From Octopus sinensis (Eukaryota), in NCBI RefSeq assembly GCF_006345805.1, contig NW_021836153.1:1-64000 (forward strand): DNA of 64,000 nucleotides, in the 5' to 3' direction. The position numbers were made by a program, and so were the translations under genes. The notes below the pieces were generated by a model. That model was not told where the DNA came from, did not search any database, and saw only the letters and a program-made list of their open reading frames with translations. Below, piece after piece: positions 1 through 11,028 of the stretch (its first letter is position 1; every line of letters starts with the position of its first letter).

Positions 1-262
1 TATAGTCGGGAATATCACCTCCCTTCTCATGATTTCACCAAACTTTTTACCTGGTCTTATTAACGAAGAGTACCTCAATCATTCATAAAAGGTCACACAA
101 AAACAAAAACAGATTGATATCTCGGAGCTCGGCAGCAAGGTCGTCATCTCCCAGACATATGACGGAACCTTGTTTACACCACAAGTCTGTTGGTTGCTTA
201 TTTGGGAATCTTACAAAAAACGCACTTCTTACACTTGGCAACGGAATCACATCGTATCTGTT
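1..262 (-). mobile_element. Decayed Tx1/L1-clade LINE, ORF2 C-terminal fragment
   Basis: Minus-strand frames give VIPLPSVRSAFF / LVV*TRFRH / INLFLFLCDLL*MIEV...KVW. This resembles from memory the C-terminus of mollusc Tx1-like ORF2 (IVPLPS..RAVFLC..VVWWTR..LINFF..RW). Multiple stops and frameshifts. Confidence 0.4.
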
Positions 263-288
263 TGTATTTGTGCTCCCCCACTCCCACA

Positions 289-323
<35 letters not shown>

Positions 324-672
324 CTCTCATCAAAAGCCTCACCCTGCAGAAGGAAAGAGGACAGGAAAACAAACAGAAAATACAAACACCGTCCCTGCAG
401 TATTAGTCGCAAGTCAAAACGGACATTTCATTCAAAGAACCGACATTATCATTACTATCGCCGCCATCTATTATTATTCTTATTATTATTATTATTATTA
501 GATAGACAAGTTATAAAAGCGTGTTGGACGTTGATAAGGAGAGAGACAGAAAGGAGAAGAAAAAGAAGAGATGATGAGTCAGATGATGGTAAAATACGTA
601 GACAAACACATCTACACACTTTGACTGGTTTCAGCCAAAAAGCTGAGGCTAGGCTGGGGCAACCACATTAGT

Positions 673-709
<37 letters not shown>

Positions 710-834
710 GTGTGTGTGTGTGTGTGTGTGTGTTTTTCACATTCACTTCTCGGCTTCTTTCCGGAACTGTTCTGGTAAAGTAGCGAGCCGCGATGTGGGT
801 TCAATTGGTACCCCAAAATAAAAATTTATACAAT

Positions 835-1072
835 GTTCTTTGAAAACAACCACATCTACACTCGCAGATCCTGAAGCTGTTTGACAGAGGATTAAAAGGC
901 TGTGGACCCTCGAAACCTAAGCCGTTACAGAGCGGTGCCCTTACTCAAGATGAGGAGGACGGAATCTGTGGCACACACATACCGCACGTTCTTGAAAACA
1001 ACCACATCTACACTTCGCAGATCCTGAGGTTGCTTGACGGAGGATTCAAAGGCTGCGGACCTCTGAAACCTA
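835..1072 (+). repeat. Two diverged ~85-bp direct repeats (period 153 bp), each carrying a degenerate hammerhead-like motif
   Basis: GTTCTT(T)GAAAACAACCACATCTACACT(T)CGCAGATCCTGA...GAAACCTA at 835-919 and 988-1072. Confidence 0.85.
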
Positions 1073-1575
1073 GGACCGAATCTACGGTACAAACACACAC
1101 AACAAACAGAGAGAGAGAGAGACAGAGAGAAGGAGGTTGTTACTTCTGAAATTATTTACTTATGCCATTCTTACACGTGTTTAAATGGAGATTTTAAGAC
1201 CTAGTTAAATACATAATCTCCGCCAGATGTATATATAATATCTTGATGTCATCAGAGCTAGTTCCGAAATAAACTTAGCTGATATGAAAATATAACAAAA
1301 TATACTTGAGGTTATGATTTTATAATTCGGCATTAAAATCTTCACTGCAATACTTGAAAAAAATAAACAAATTCTTACAAAACCAAGTCTTCAGTTTTGT
1401 TTTCCTCTCACTCTTGCACCCCCCCCCCGCACCATATTATACGGCAAATTAGAAAATGGAGAGGATAAACGATCGACAAACATTCAATTGTATCTATTTA
1501 TTGATTACAATCATATGTGAAAGTGAGCCAAATAAGCAAATAAATAAGTAAATAAATATATAAAAAAATAATATA

Positions 1576-1965
1576 GGCGCAGGAGTGGCTGTGTGGTAAG
1601 TAGCTTGCTAACCAACCACATGGTAGCGGGTTCAGTCCCACTGCGTGGCATCTTGGGCAAGTGTCTTCTGCTATAGCCCCGGGCCGACCAATGCCTTGTG
1701 AGTGGATTTGGTAGACGGAAACTGAAAGAAGCCTGTCGTATATATGTATATGTATATATATATATGCGTGTGTGTGTGTGTTTGTGTGTCTGTGTTTCTT
1801 CCCTAGCATTCCGTCACTTAGCGGTTCGGCAAAAGAGACCGATAGAATAAGTACTGGGCTTACAAAGAATAAGTCCCGGGGTCGATTTGCTTGATTAAAG
1901 GCGGTGCTCCAGCATGGTCGCAGTCAAATGAGTGAAACAAGTAAAAGAGTAAAAGAGAGTAAGAG
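1576..1965 (+). mobile_element. Full-length composite tRNA-derived SINE (family A: tRNA-like head + CORE-like segment, TA/TG microsatellite linker, second module)
   Basis: A-box-like TGGCTGTGTGG, B-box-like GGTTCAGTCCC, then CTTGGGCAAGTG (MIR/CORE-like). Second module ends GAAACAAGTAAAAGA. More than 15 homologous copies in the window. Confidence 0.85.
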
Positions 1966-1989
1966 ATTAAGAATAAACGAGTGTACAAA

Positions 1990-2420
1990 TACTAAACCCT
2001 TACAGCTGTTTCTACCATGTTTTCCATAGCACGCCAGTGATATACAGGGATGAACAAACATTGGACAGGGGTTGGACAATGGTTAAGCCCCAAGCGCTTC
2101 GTCAGAGAGATCAAATGTTAGGAAGCTAACAATGTGGGGAAGTAAGTTACAAAAAATAAAGTAAAATAAAATTTTAAAAATATATAATAGAAACAGTAAA
2201 GAATGGTAAGAACATCATTTCGTGGTGCTAGTATAATCCATGTAATTACATCTTAGGGTGAAGAAAGTCACTTGCAAGAGAAAATTCCGCGGGCTGTGAG
2301 GCTTACATCGTGTTTCAATTATATTGGGGGAAATAACGAAGGTAAGACGTTGTATAGTGAGTTTAATAGTATGGTCCAATTCTTTTTATAATGCTCTATT
2401 AAATAGAAGTTAGCCTTTAA
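1990..2420 (-). mobile_element. Penelope-like element 3' remnant with a hammerhead-like motif
   Basis: Minus frame ANFYLIEHYKKNWTILLNS resembles the PLE endonuclease C-terminus. It is followed by CTGACGA...GAAACAGCTGTA at 2109-1997. Confidence 0.4.
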
Positions 2421-2503
2421 CTTCTGACCCGTGATATCGTATTAATTTTTTTACCTTAATTGGTTTTACATGCTGGCTTGATAAAATCTTATTCAGATTT
2501 TAT

Positions 2504-2541
<38 letters not shown>

Positions 2542-2544
<3 letters not shown>

Positions 2545-2655
2545 AAGAGAGAGACCACATGTGGTCACTCTAACGCTAGAAATAGATCCGCAAAGGGAAT
2601 CCACCACTTATCTATTTCTAGCGTTAGAGTGACCACATGTGGTCTCTCTCTTATT
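2542..2655. repeat. Perfect 46-bp inverted repeat with a 22-nt spacer
   Basis: AATAAGAGAGAGACCACATGTGGTCACTCTAACGCTAGAAATAGAT (2542-2587) and its exact reverse complement (2610-2655). Confidence 0.95.
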
Positions 2656-2761
2656 ACTTGTATTAATGATTTTTACTGTATCACAGTTTTTTTACGCTAG
2701 GCCACTTGGTGTTTTAAATTGCTGTTATTAATTAATATTCAATTTTTTCACCCTTATTGTG

Positions 2762-2799
<38 letters not shown>

Positions 2800-3760
2800 A
2801 TGAATGAATTATCCTTTGTTTACCGTTAACATGGAAAATTCAATAAACAGTTACCAGGGTAGCAAAATTCACGCAAGTAAGAAGGGTGTAGCGACCTATT
2901 CAAAGGTAGAAACTCCGGGTTAATGTGCAGTAATTTGTATAGTATAAGTAAATAAATGGAGTTGAACGCAGATGCTATTCAAATTCTTTTACTTTCGACA
3001 TATGTTTCGAAGACAACATTGGTTTTAGTCCAAAGGAATAAACGGTTTAAAATGCAATCTTCTCATCAGGAAAGAAAGAGAACCTATCACAACAAGACAT
3101 TATAACAATTTTGATGACTGCATAAATGATAAACAGAATGCTATTAAGTATTTTTAAAAAAACCGTTAGTAGATCCGACATCAAAGGCAGACCCTAGGAA
3201 GAGAAGGGGTAAAGAAATAATAAGTAGAGAACAAATAAAGAGGGATATATTGGTTGAAAAAATGTTCAAAGGCTTGGAAGTAGATTTCTCTATTGAAGTA
3301 AAGTGCAAGTTGAACTAAATGTTCAAACTATAAAGTCTGGTAAAAATCACTTATATGAGCTAAAGGTATGTTTCTGCCAGTGCTTACATTTGTAAGATCG
3401 CTCCATAAGTGTGTTAACAAGGTGATTCTTAGAGAAGAAAATATGGAAGAGTTCAGAGTTGCAAATGTTACAAAATCCTTTGCCCTTATCATAAGGGAAA
3501 GATATGGACAGGATGAACCAATCTAACTTAAAATCCTTATTGTTGTCTTTAAGATACCAATTTACTTAGCCCTGTGCTATAACGTTCTTTCCTAAATGAA
3601 GAATAATGATTGGAAATTCTCTTAGATAACTGGGAAGAGGATGCGCCAATGTAGAAGTAGACATCGGTACCGCAAGAAATTTTACATTGGTATATAGAAT
3701 TCTTAATCTTAGAATTATTAGACATAAATTAAATTCTGTTGGGGTTGTCCTCAGGGACCA
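2800..3760 (-). mobile_element. Penelope-like retroelement remnant: GIY-YIG endonuclease domain plus 3' region with hammerhead
   Basis: Minus-strand translation of ~3710-3350 gives KNSIYQCKISCGTDVYFYIGASSSQLSKRISNHYSSFRKERYSTGLSK, a frameshift, then LKDNNKDFKLDWFILSISFPYDKGKGFCNICNSELFHIFFSKNHLVNTLMERSYKCKHWQKHTF. These match the IY..YIG, NH.SSF, CN.C..E and C.H motifs of PLE endonucleases. Confidence 0.85.
2992..3074 (-). ncRNA. Type-I hammerhead ribozyme, canonical core (PLE-associated)
   Basis: Minus strand: stem I CTTTC/GAAAG, core CTGATGA, stem II GAAGA/TCTTC (extendable to ~12 bp with a mismatch and wobbles), GAAA, palindromic stem III ACATATGT, GTC cleavage triplet (predicted cut after position 2997). 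Confidence 0.8.
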
Positions 3761-3786
3761 AAACTATGTTTTTATTGCTATTATTA

Positions 3787-3820
<34 letters not shown>

Positions 3821-3823
<3 letters not shown>

Positions 3824-3923
3824 GTGAAGAGCTGGTATTAACAAAATAATACCAGTCTGCTAAATAAAAGTTCATTTTCTGAGAGTTCCAGCACTAATTT
3901 TGTTAATACCAGCCCTTCACATA
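3821..3923. repeat. Inverted repeat / MITE-like foldback (27-bp arms, one mismatch), extended by (TTA)n/(TAA)n
   Basis: TATGTGAAGAGCTGGTATTAACAAAAT ... ATTTTGTTAATACCAGCCCTTCACATA. Confidence 0.85.
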
Positions 3924-3977
3924 ATAATAATAACAATACAAATACACACACATGCGCGCACGTGAGGGTGGGAAGGA

Positions 3978-4110
3978 GCTTCTTTCAGTTTCCGTCCACC
4001 AAATTCACACATAAAGCTTTGGTCAGCCTGAAGCTATAGTAGAAGAGTGCCACGCAGTGGGACAGAAGCTGGAATCATGTGGTTGGGAAGCAGACTCGTC
4101 CAAGCTATGG
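3978..4110 (-). mobile_element. SINE family A head, degenerate
   Basis: GCTTCTTTCAGTTTCCGTCCACCAAATTCAC...GTGCCACGCAGTGGGAC matches the reverse complement of the 1576 copy. Confidence 0.7.
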
Positions 4111-4565
4111 CGGAGAACAGAGGGGGGGGGAGAAAGAGAGAGAGAGAGAGAGAGGGAGAGAGGACAACGAGAGACGGAAAAACATGAGATATGTAGAAGT
4201 GATAAGAGAAAGACAGTTACAGTTTTATGTGACAGCGAAGTAAAGGCTCATTGATAAAAGTATACGGGGGGGAGGGGGGGAGGAGCGTGCAGTATATAAA
4301 GAGGGAGAGAGAGAGAGAGAGAGAGAGAGCCAGAGAGAGAGTGAAGTTAATAGCAATGGAAGTCGACTACCGACTGTCTGGATGGGGTTGTGGGAGAGTG
4401 TAGATGGCGGACTGAGATAGCCGTGTCAAAAATGGCGGCGCTAGAAGAGACAGCAAGTTATTGTGATCGGTGGACATGGCGCTAATGATGGAGGATAGAT
4501 AACAAGGATTTATGTGTAGGACTGGGAGGTAGAGAAGGTTGCTTAGTGTATGTGTGTATATCATC

Positions 4566-4607
<42 letters not shown>

Positions 4608-4703
4608 TATATATGAGTGGGTGGGTGTCTGTATGCATGTATATGTGGGTGTTTGATGAATGTAAATTGTTGGATTGGGTTAAATGCACACACACACACA
4701 CAC

Positions 4704-4764
<61 letters not shown>

Positions 4765-4882
4765 TTTACATGTAGAAAGAGAGAGAGAGACGAGGGAGGA
4801 AAGAAATGGAAACAAAATCAGATAGAAACAAAACAAATATATCTATGTATTTGTTTCTAAATTGCATACATACGTACATTGA

Positions 4883-4927
<45 letters not shown>

Positions 4928-6154
4928 CTCTCTTTTTCCTTTTAACATTGTGTGCGTGTGCGTGTGCGTAGCGTGGACAACGTAAATCTTTCGTAGCTCA
5001 CCAGATCCGTCGCCATACAATAAGAAATGTAAAGAAACACCCCTTTTCTTTCCATCCTTAAACAGACATATATAAATTTTTACGAAGCTAGTTTCAAATC
5101 TTTTGATTCTCATCAGTGAGTGATAGTAGAATAGAACACCATTTGATCTGCCCCACCACAGAGAAAAATATGGTTAATAGCTACATTTAGTCACAACAAA
5201 ATGTACTAAGTTTTCTCAACCAATTGGTTCGGTTTACATAAAGTGCTTTTCTCTCCCCCCTTTCTCTCTCTCTCTCTCCAGTAATACCACTGTATGTATG
5301 CGTGTGCATGCATATACACACACAGACGCGCTTCATACATAGAAAAGCGTTCACATGGAACCACTATACCTGCGATGCAAGTCGAAATACCAGCAACAGC
5401 AAGGTACACTAGTTGTGTTGATTATATAGAGAGAAGTGAGGGGTGGAGAGACAGCGATATCGATAAAACCAGGCGTCAGCTTTCCATTGCGGGAGGTCAG
5501 CATTGTTTAATATTCACCGATGCCTGTCATTTTCACAGACACACAAAACTTGTTCATAGATACATATAAACAAGCATTGAGGTATGTACCATCGACATGT
5601 ATTTAATACAATTAGATAGGCATCTATATACAAATGTGTAAATATGTACTTGAATGTATGAGTGTGATAGTGTATGTGTGTGTACGCGCGTGTAATAAAT
5701 CCTATCTATATGTTTTATGTACGTATAGAGCGGGTTTATTATCAAAAATGGATCGCATACTTAAAATACACCACTTTCACCTGCACACCATCTCGCCCCT
5801 CCTCTTCGTCCCTCATTGTCCAGTGTTACTTCGCTACATGGTCTAAAGCAAGGACAGACCACTGACCGCGTGACCTGAAATTCTTTTTACCCTTTTCTTC
5901 GTCAGTGAACCAACGACCAAGGTAAGCTCAACGCGGCAACAGAACGTGCTAGATATAACTAGCAAATCTTAAAATCGCACCCAGCAGTCTTGGAAAATTA
6001 TTTGAAAAATAAACGGGATGGTCATCCATGGAATACCTCTGATCATAAGTCTGCTGAAGTAGAGCGGGTCTAGGGCTAAACCACAATTTGGTGAAGAACA
6101 AATTCTTTAGAGAAAGTAAGTACTTGACCGTGTACAAGAACCCAGCTTTAATCT

Positions 6155-6315
6155 TACTCTTTTACTTGTTTCAGTCATTTGACTGTGGCCATGCTGGAGC
6201 ACCGCCTTTAGTTGAGCAAATCGACTTATTCTTTGTAAGCCTAGTACTTATTCTATCGGCCTCTTTTGCTAAGTTACGGAGACGTAAACACACCAGCATC
6301 AGTTGTCAAGCGATG
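6155..6315 (-). mobile_element. SINE family A second module
   Basis: TTTTACTTGTTTCAGTCATTTGACTGTGGCCATGCTGGAGCACCGCC...GTTGTCAAGCGATG. Confidence 0.8.
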
Positions 6316-6357
6316 TGCGTGGGGGGGGGGGCAGACACACACACACACACACACACA

Positions 6358-6477
6358 CATTGATTGCTCCTGCCGATTACGTTAAGAGTACAACTGTCTG
6401 TATAATATTCAGCCACGGACATTGATTGCTCCAGCTGATTACGTTAAGAGTACAGGCGTCTGTGGAATGTCCAATCA
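6358..6477. repeat. Tandem repeat, ~60-bp unit x2
   Basis: ACATTGATTGCTCC..GATTACGTTAAGAGTACA occurs twice head-to-tail. Confidence 0.8.
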
Positions 6478-7534
6478 CTAACACTATACTTTCACTAAGA
6501 TGATAATTTTGTTGATCGAACAACTACAAAAACTAAACCCTATTGCTTGCTAATCTAGCATCGTAAAATTCTGTCTTATCCGTCTACGGTTTCCTTTACA
6601 CTATTGGAACATCCTACAGTAATCGGTGACATAGTATTATGTATAATCTACAGATTGCAAGAAGAGCCGAAGTGGTCTGACTATGGCAGCTATGGTGAAT
6701 AGAGCAGGAAAAAGAGTGAGAAGTTATGCATAGGAAGGATGGGGTGAGGAAGAGGGATATGTATAACGTTTCAGGCAAAGTTGCTCACTCAGTAAAGCAA
6801 GACCCCCTCCCCTCGTCTCTCACTCTTTCATATATGTATATTTGCGTACAAATGCGTGTATAGGCATCTATTTACGTGTGTATATACGCATGGAAGGAAA
6901 GCGAGAGCGAGAGTGAGAAAGATATTTCAAATATTAGATATTTCCTCCCTTCATGCTACACTAATATACTTCACATTATTTTTATTTATGCGAGTGTTGG
7001 TTTCATATATTGTGTGTGTGTGTGTGTTATTTGATTTGTGTATGGACATTTGTCATTAATTATGTATACGCTTCGTACTTATATGACAAATACACATTAC
7101 AGAAATCTATAAGACATACACATACACACACTATAGGAAATGTGCATAGATAAAATATACCATATATGTGTGTGTGTGTGTGTATGGTTATGTATAAACG
7201 CGAGACAGAGCAGCAGAAGTCGAGTGGGGTGGAGACAGGAAAGGTGACGTGGTGTGTGAGGTGTCCTTGTGGTAATCTGAGCACCCAAACGACGTCTGAA
7301 CGGTACAAACAGTAATTAGAACAGTGTGCAAATAGAGGGTACGTACCCTGATATCCCTGAGACATTTAGGGTAGGAGACACTTCAGCTACAGTCGAGTAG
7401 ACCACTATTTTAACTACAGCATTAGCACCAACATTTAAAGACGATGTCCCCACCACTTCCACTACCGCCAACACTGGCTTGAGGACAACCACCACAGCTC
7501 ATAATTAAGCCAACACTAATTACATTGGAGAGTG

Positions 7535-7770
7535 GAGGCGCGTAGCTTAGTGGTTAGGGTGTTATGATCGTAAGACTGCGGTTTCGATTCCTGGACCAGG
7601 TAGCGCGTTGTATTGTTAAACAAGACACTTCATTTCACGTTGCTTCGGTCCACTTAGCTGGCAAAAATGGGTAATCTTGTGACGGACCGACGGACCGTGC
7701 AAGTGGCGAATAAATACGCCATGGATATCGGGAAACCGATCCAACGAGTTTCCATAGCACAAAAAGGAAT
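7535..7770 (+). mobile_element. tRNA-derived SINE family C
   Basis: Head GGCGCGTAGCTTAGTGGTTAGGG...GGTTTCGATTCC with A/B boxes. Homologous to 12849-13125 and to 37205-37425 (minus). Confidence 0.75.
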
Positions 7771-7987
7771 TTTACCTGTTTTAATTATAATGGGACAAAC
7801 ACCAACACGGCGGCCAATACAAAGTTTAGTAATGTAATCATGGACGCAGGGGGCGTGGCTGTGTGGTTCTCAACCACATGGTCCCAGGTTCAGTCCCACT
7901 GCATGGCACCTCGGCCAAGAGGTGCCATGGGCAAGTGGTGGTCGAAACAAACCCGAGCAACGCCGGGTGATACTGCTAGTGTATTTA

Positions 7988-8524
7988 TAAGGATGTCCCA
8001 GAATTAACTATTTCAATGAAATCGGGCAATTTTTTTTAATGACAGAATTTTATATTTATTGCTTAATTATGATACCAAAAAAAAAAAAGAAAAAGATTTA
8101 TAAATCTTACGTCAAAACTTAATCTGAAATTTGCGACAAGTGCGACAAGTCTGTATCCCTGCAAATTTCAAACCTATCCTTACCATCGCAAAACACATTT
8201 TGAAACAATTCGGGAGTTATCTCCTGTACTACTGAGTGAATGAGTTCTTTTAATTTCTGCTAAATTATTACTCCATCCTGGGGATGAAGGAGGAGAAAAT
8301 GACTGCAGCCAGATTCATAATAAAAAAGCTGTCGTGGAGAGATAAGCGAGATCCAACAGGAATGAAAACGAAATTATAAAAATATTATAAAAATAAAATT
8401 ATTAACAAAATTGAGAATTTATGCACTTTAACACATATTAGATATGATAAACATAAATAAAAGTGAGTTTTTGAAAAAATTGTCTGATTTCACTGAAATT
8501 GCTAGTTAATTCTAGGACACCCTG
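7988..8524. mobile_element. Tc1/mariner-type MITE
   Basis: Imperfect ~50-bp TIRs (TAAGGATGTCCCAGAATTAACTA... / ...TAGTTAATTCTAGGACACCCTG), with TA on both flanks. Confidence 0.75.
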
Positions 8525-9295
8525 TATATATATATATATATATATATACGTGTCTGTGTACAAAAGAACATATAGTTTGATTGACAGGCAGACAGGCAGG
8601 AAGACAGACAGAATTACAAGTGCTTAACAGTGTTTTGTATACAGCGCAATAAATACTACAGAATATATTTACAGATTTTAACCGATATATGATGTAGAGA
8701 CAAACATAAACACAATGTCTTTACTTACAGATCAGTTGACAGGGGTGGCGAAACCCCAAGCAACTGGACTAGTTTCAATGCTGCGCATCAGAAACGGTGT
8801 TACTCTGATCGCCTCACAGTGGCGACACTGTTTATGAACTCAATGTTAAAGAGAGCTTAAATATACTTGATCTTCAAAGAGGGAAGTTACTTAATGATGA
8901 ATTCCCAGTACAAAATTCAAACCAGCCGTGTTGAGCAAACTACCTTCACCAACAAACGTTTTCCCGTGCACAACATTATACCTGTCCATACATACAAAGT
9001 TAGCTATGCAAATATATTTTGTAGAACAGTACAGTATTAAAACCAAAAGCCATGATAATCAAACAACAGTTAATCAATAGGACTAACGCACATACCCCTG
9101 CGCACACACGCACAAAGACTAGTTTCCGCACAGTTTCCATTCTAAAGTACTGCTGAACCCTCGTTCTATACTAGAGGACTCTTGCCCTAGGAACCACACA
9201 AAGAAAAAGAACCCCAAAGCGGAAGGGTATCAAGCGAACGTTTTAAGTTTATAACCATGTCTGTGCCGATACATGCACGTACATACATGCGTAGC

Positions 9296-9639
9296 CGTAT
9301 TTCGTCTGCCGTTACGTTATGAGTTCAAATTCCGCCGAGGTTGACTTTGCCTTTCATACTTTCGGAGTCGATTAAATAAGTACCAGTTACACACTGGGGT
9401 CGATATAATCGACTTAATCCGTTTCTCTGTCCTTGTTTGTCCTCTCTGTGTTTAGCCCCTTGTGGGTAGTAAAGAAATAGGTATTTCGTCTGTCTTTACG
9501 TTCTGAGTTCAAATTCCACCGAGGTCGACTTTACCTTTCTTCCTTTCGCGGTCGATAAATTAAGTACCAGTTGCGTACTGGGTCGATCTAATCGACTGGC
9601 CCCTCAAAAATTTCGGGCCTTGTACCTAGAGTAGAAAAG
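9296..9639 (+). mobile_element. Dimeric SINE family B (Meta/MESC-like central domain), 5'-truncated
   Basis: Two units of GTATTTCGTCTG..GTTCTGAGTTCAAATTCCGCCGAGGTCGACTTTGCCTTTCATCCTTTCGGGGTCGAT, each with a different tail. Same architecture at 59931-60327. Confidence 0.8.
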
Positions 9640-9997
9640 TATACTTTGTTGTGTTGGTCTATACTTGTATATAACTATATATATGCCATTTATATGTTTG
9701 TACCTATACACACACACACACACATACATTAATCATTTCTATACATACACATACAGACCTGTGTCTATCTACATATACAATTATATCGCGTCCTCTTCAT
9801 ATATCAATATTTGTATATCTACACTCGTACACTATAAAAACACATTAAATAAACGCATTAGCAAGAACACACATACACCACACACCGCATTAAATACAAC
9901 CACGAATGACTATTAGCAAAGCACGCACACACCCACACACACCACCCATCGCTCTCCACATCAGGCTTACAACACACCAGCCCCATCATCTCCTCCA

Positions 9998-10052
<55 letters not shown>

Positions 10053-10831
10053 ATATATTGTCAGGCAGACGATCGCTCTTGACTTTTGTTCCAAGATTAA
10101 AGTGGCAGATCGGAGTGATGCATAGTAGGGAAGAGGGAAGCGGGTGGCGGAGGCGGCGGCGGTGGCGGATGGAAAAGCGGGTAGTAAGCATTAAGTAGAC
10201 GGATAATAAGGGAGCCATCGGTGGTAGTGGCGGTGGGTATTAGCGTTTAAGATTTCATGAGAACCAACATTTGAGTACACATGGTGGCATTACTATGTCT
10301 GTCTGTCTGTCTCTTTCTCTGTCTCTCTCTTTCTCTCTCTCACACACCTGTATATCTTGGTTGTCTCCAAATGTGCCGCTAAAAATGAGTGCCAATGCAT
10401 ATGCACAGTGTGTGTGTGTTTGTGTACACACATACCTACGCTTATATGTGTGTGCGTGTGAGTATCCGTATGTTTATATATATATATATGTGAGAGAGAG
10501 AGAGAGAGTATTCGTATGTTTATGTATGTATATCTATATATATATATGTACAATTCATGGTATATTCCATTGACAACGGCAGAATATATTTTGATACAAA
10601 ATCAGAAACCCAGGGTCTGGAATTATCTAATTTTTACTAGTTTATCTATTTGTCCATTCACCCTGTGCTGTATTGAATACTTTTTGTGGTTTTAGAGCCA
10701 GGCTTTGACTGCTATTTCAAGCATGGTGGTATCTCTTAGATACCCTTGTTTATAATTTTAATAATAATTCTAACATATAAGGTTTTTCTTAACGATCTTA
10801 TCCTTATATGTATGTATGTATGTATGTATGT

Positions 10832-10985
10832 GCAGGCGTGGCTGTATGGTAAGGAGTTTGCTTCCTAACCACAGAGTTCCAAGTTCAACCCCACTGCGCG
10901 GCACTTTGCGAGAGTGCCTTTTTACTATAGCTCCAGGCCGACCAAAGCCTTGTGAGTCGCGGAAACAGGCACAAGGCCGTCGTAC
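10832..10985 (+). mobile_element. SINE family A head
   Basis: GCAGGCGTGGCTGTATGGTAAG...CCGACCAAAGCCTTGTGAGT. Confidence 0.8.
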
Positions 10986-10997
10986 ATATAAACACGC

Positions 10998-11028
<31 letters not shown>

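Noticed and set aside
113-184. Plus-strand exon-like segment (IDISELGSKVVISQTYDGTLFTPQ)
   Set aside because: The acceptor lacks a pyrimidine tract and the donor is weak. The region is better explained as an antisense LINE remnant.
1576-1660. tRNA genes at SINE heads (here and at 7535, 12849, 14640, etc.)
   Set aside because: A/B boxes are present but there is no complete cloverleaf, and each continues into a repeat body.
5850-5925. Minus-strand CTGACGA...CACGCGGTCAGTG hammerhead relic, and a plus-strand 16-nt microexon candidate
   Set aside because: GAAAC is absent and stems I and II do not pair. The microexon has no supporting partner exons.
8729-8830. Minus-strand exon candidate, and CTGATG...GAAACTAGTC motif
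   Set aside because: The only long frame ends in a stop just before the donor. For the HHR reading, A9 is altered and stems I and II do not form.
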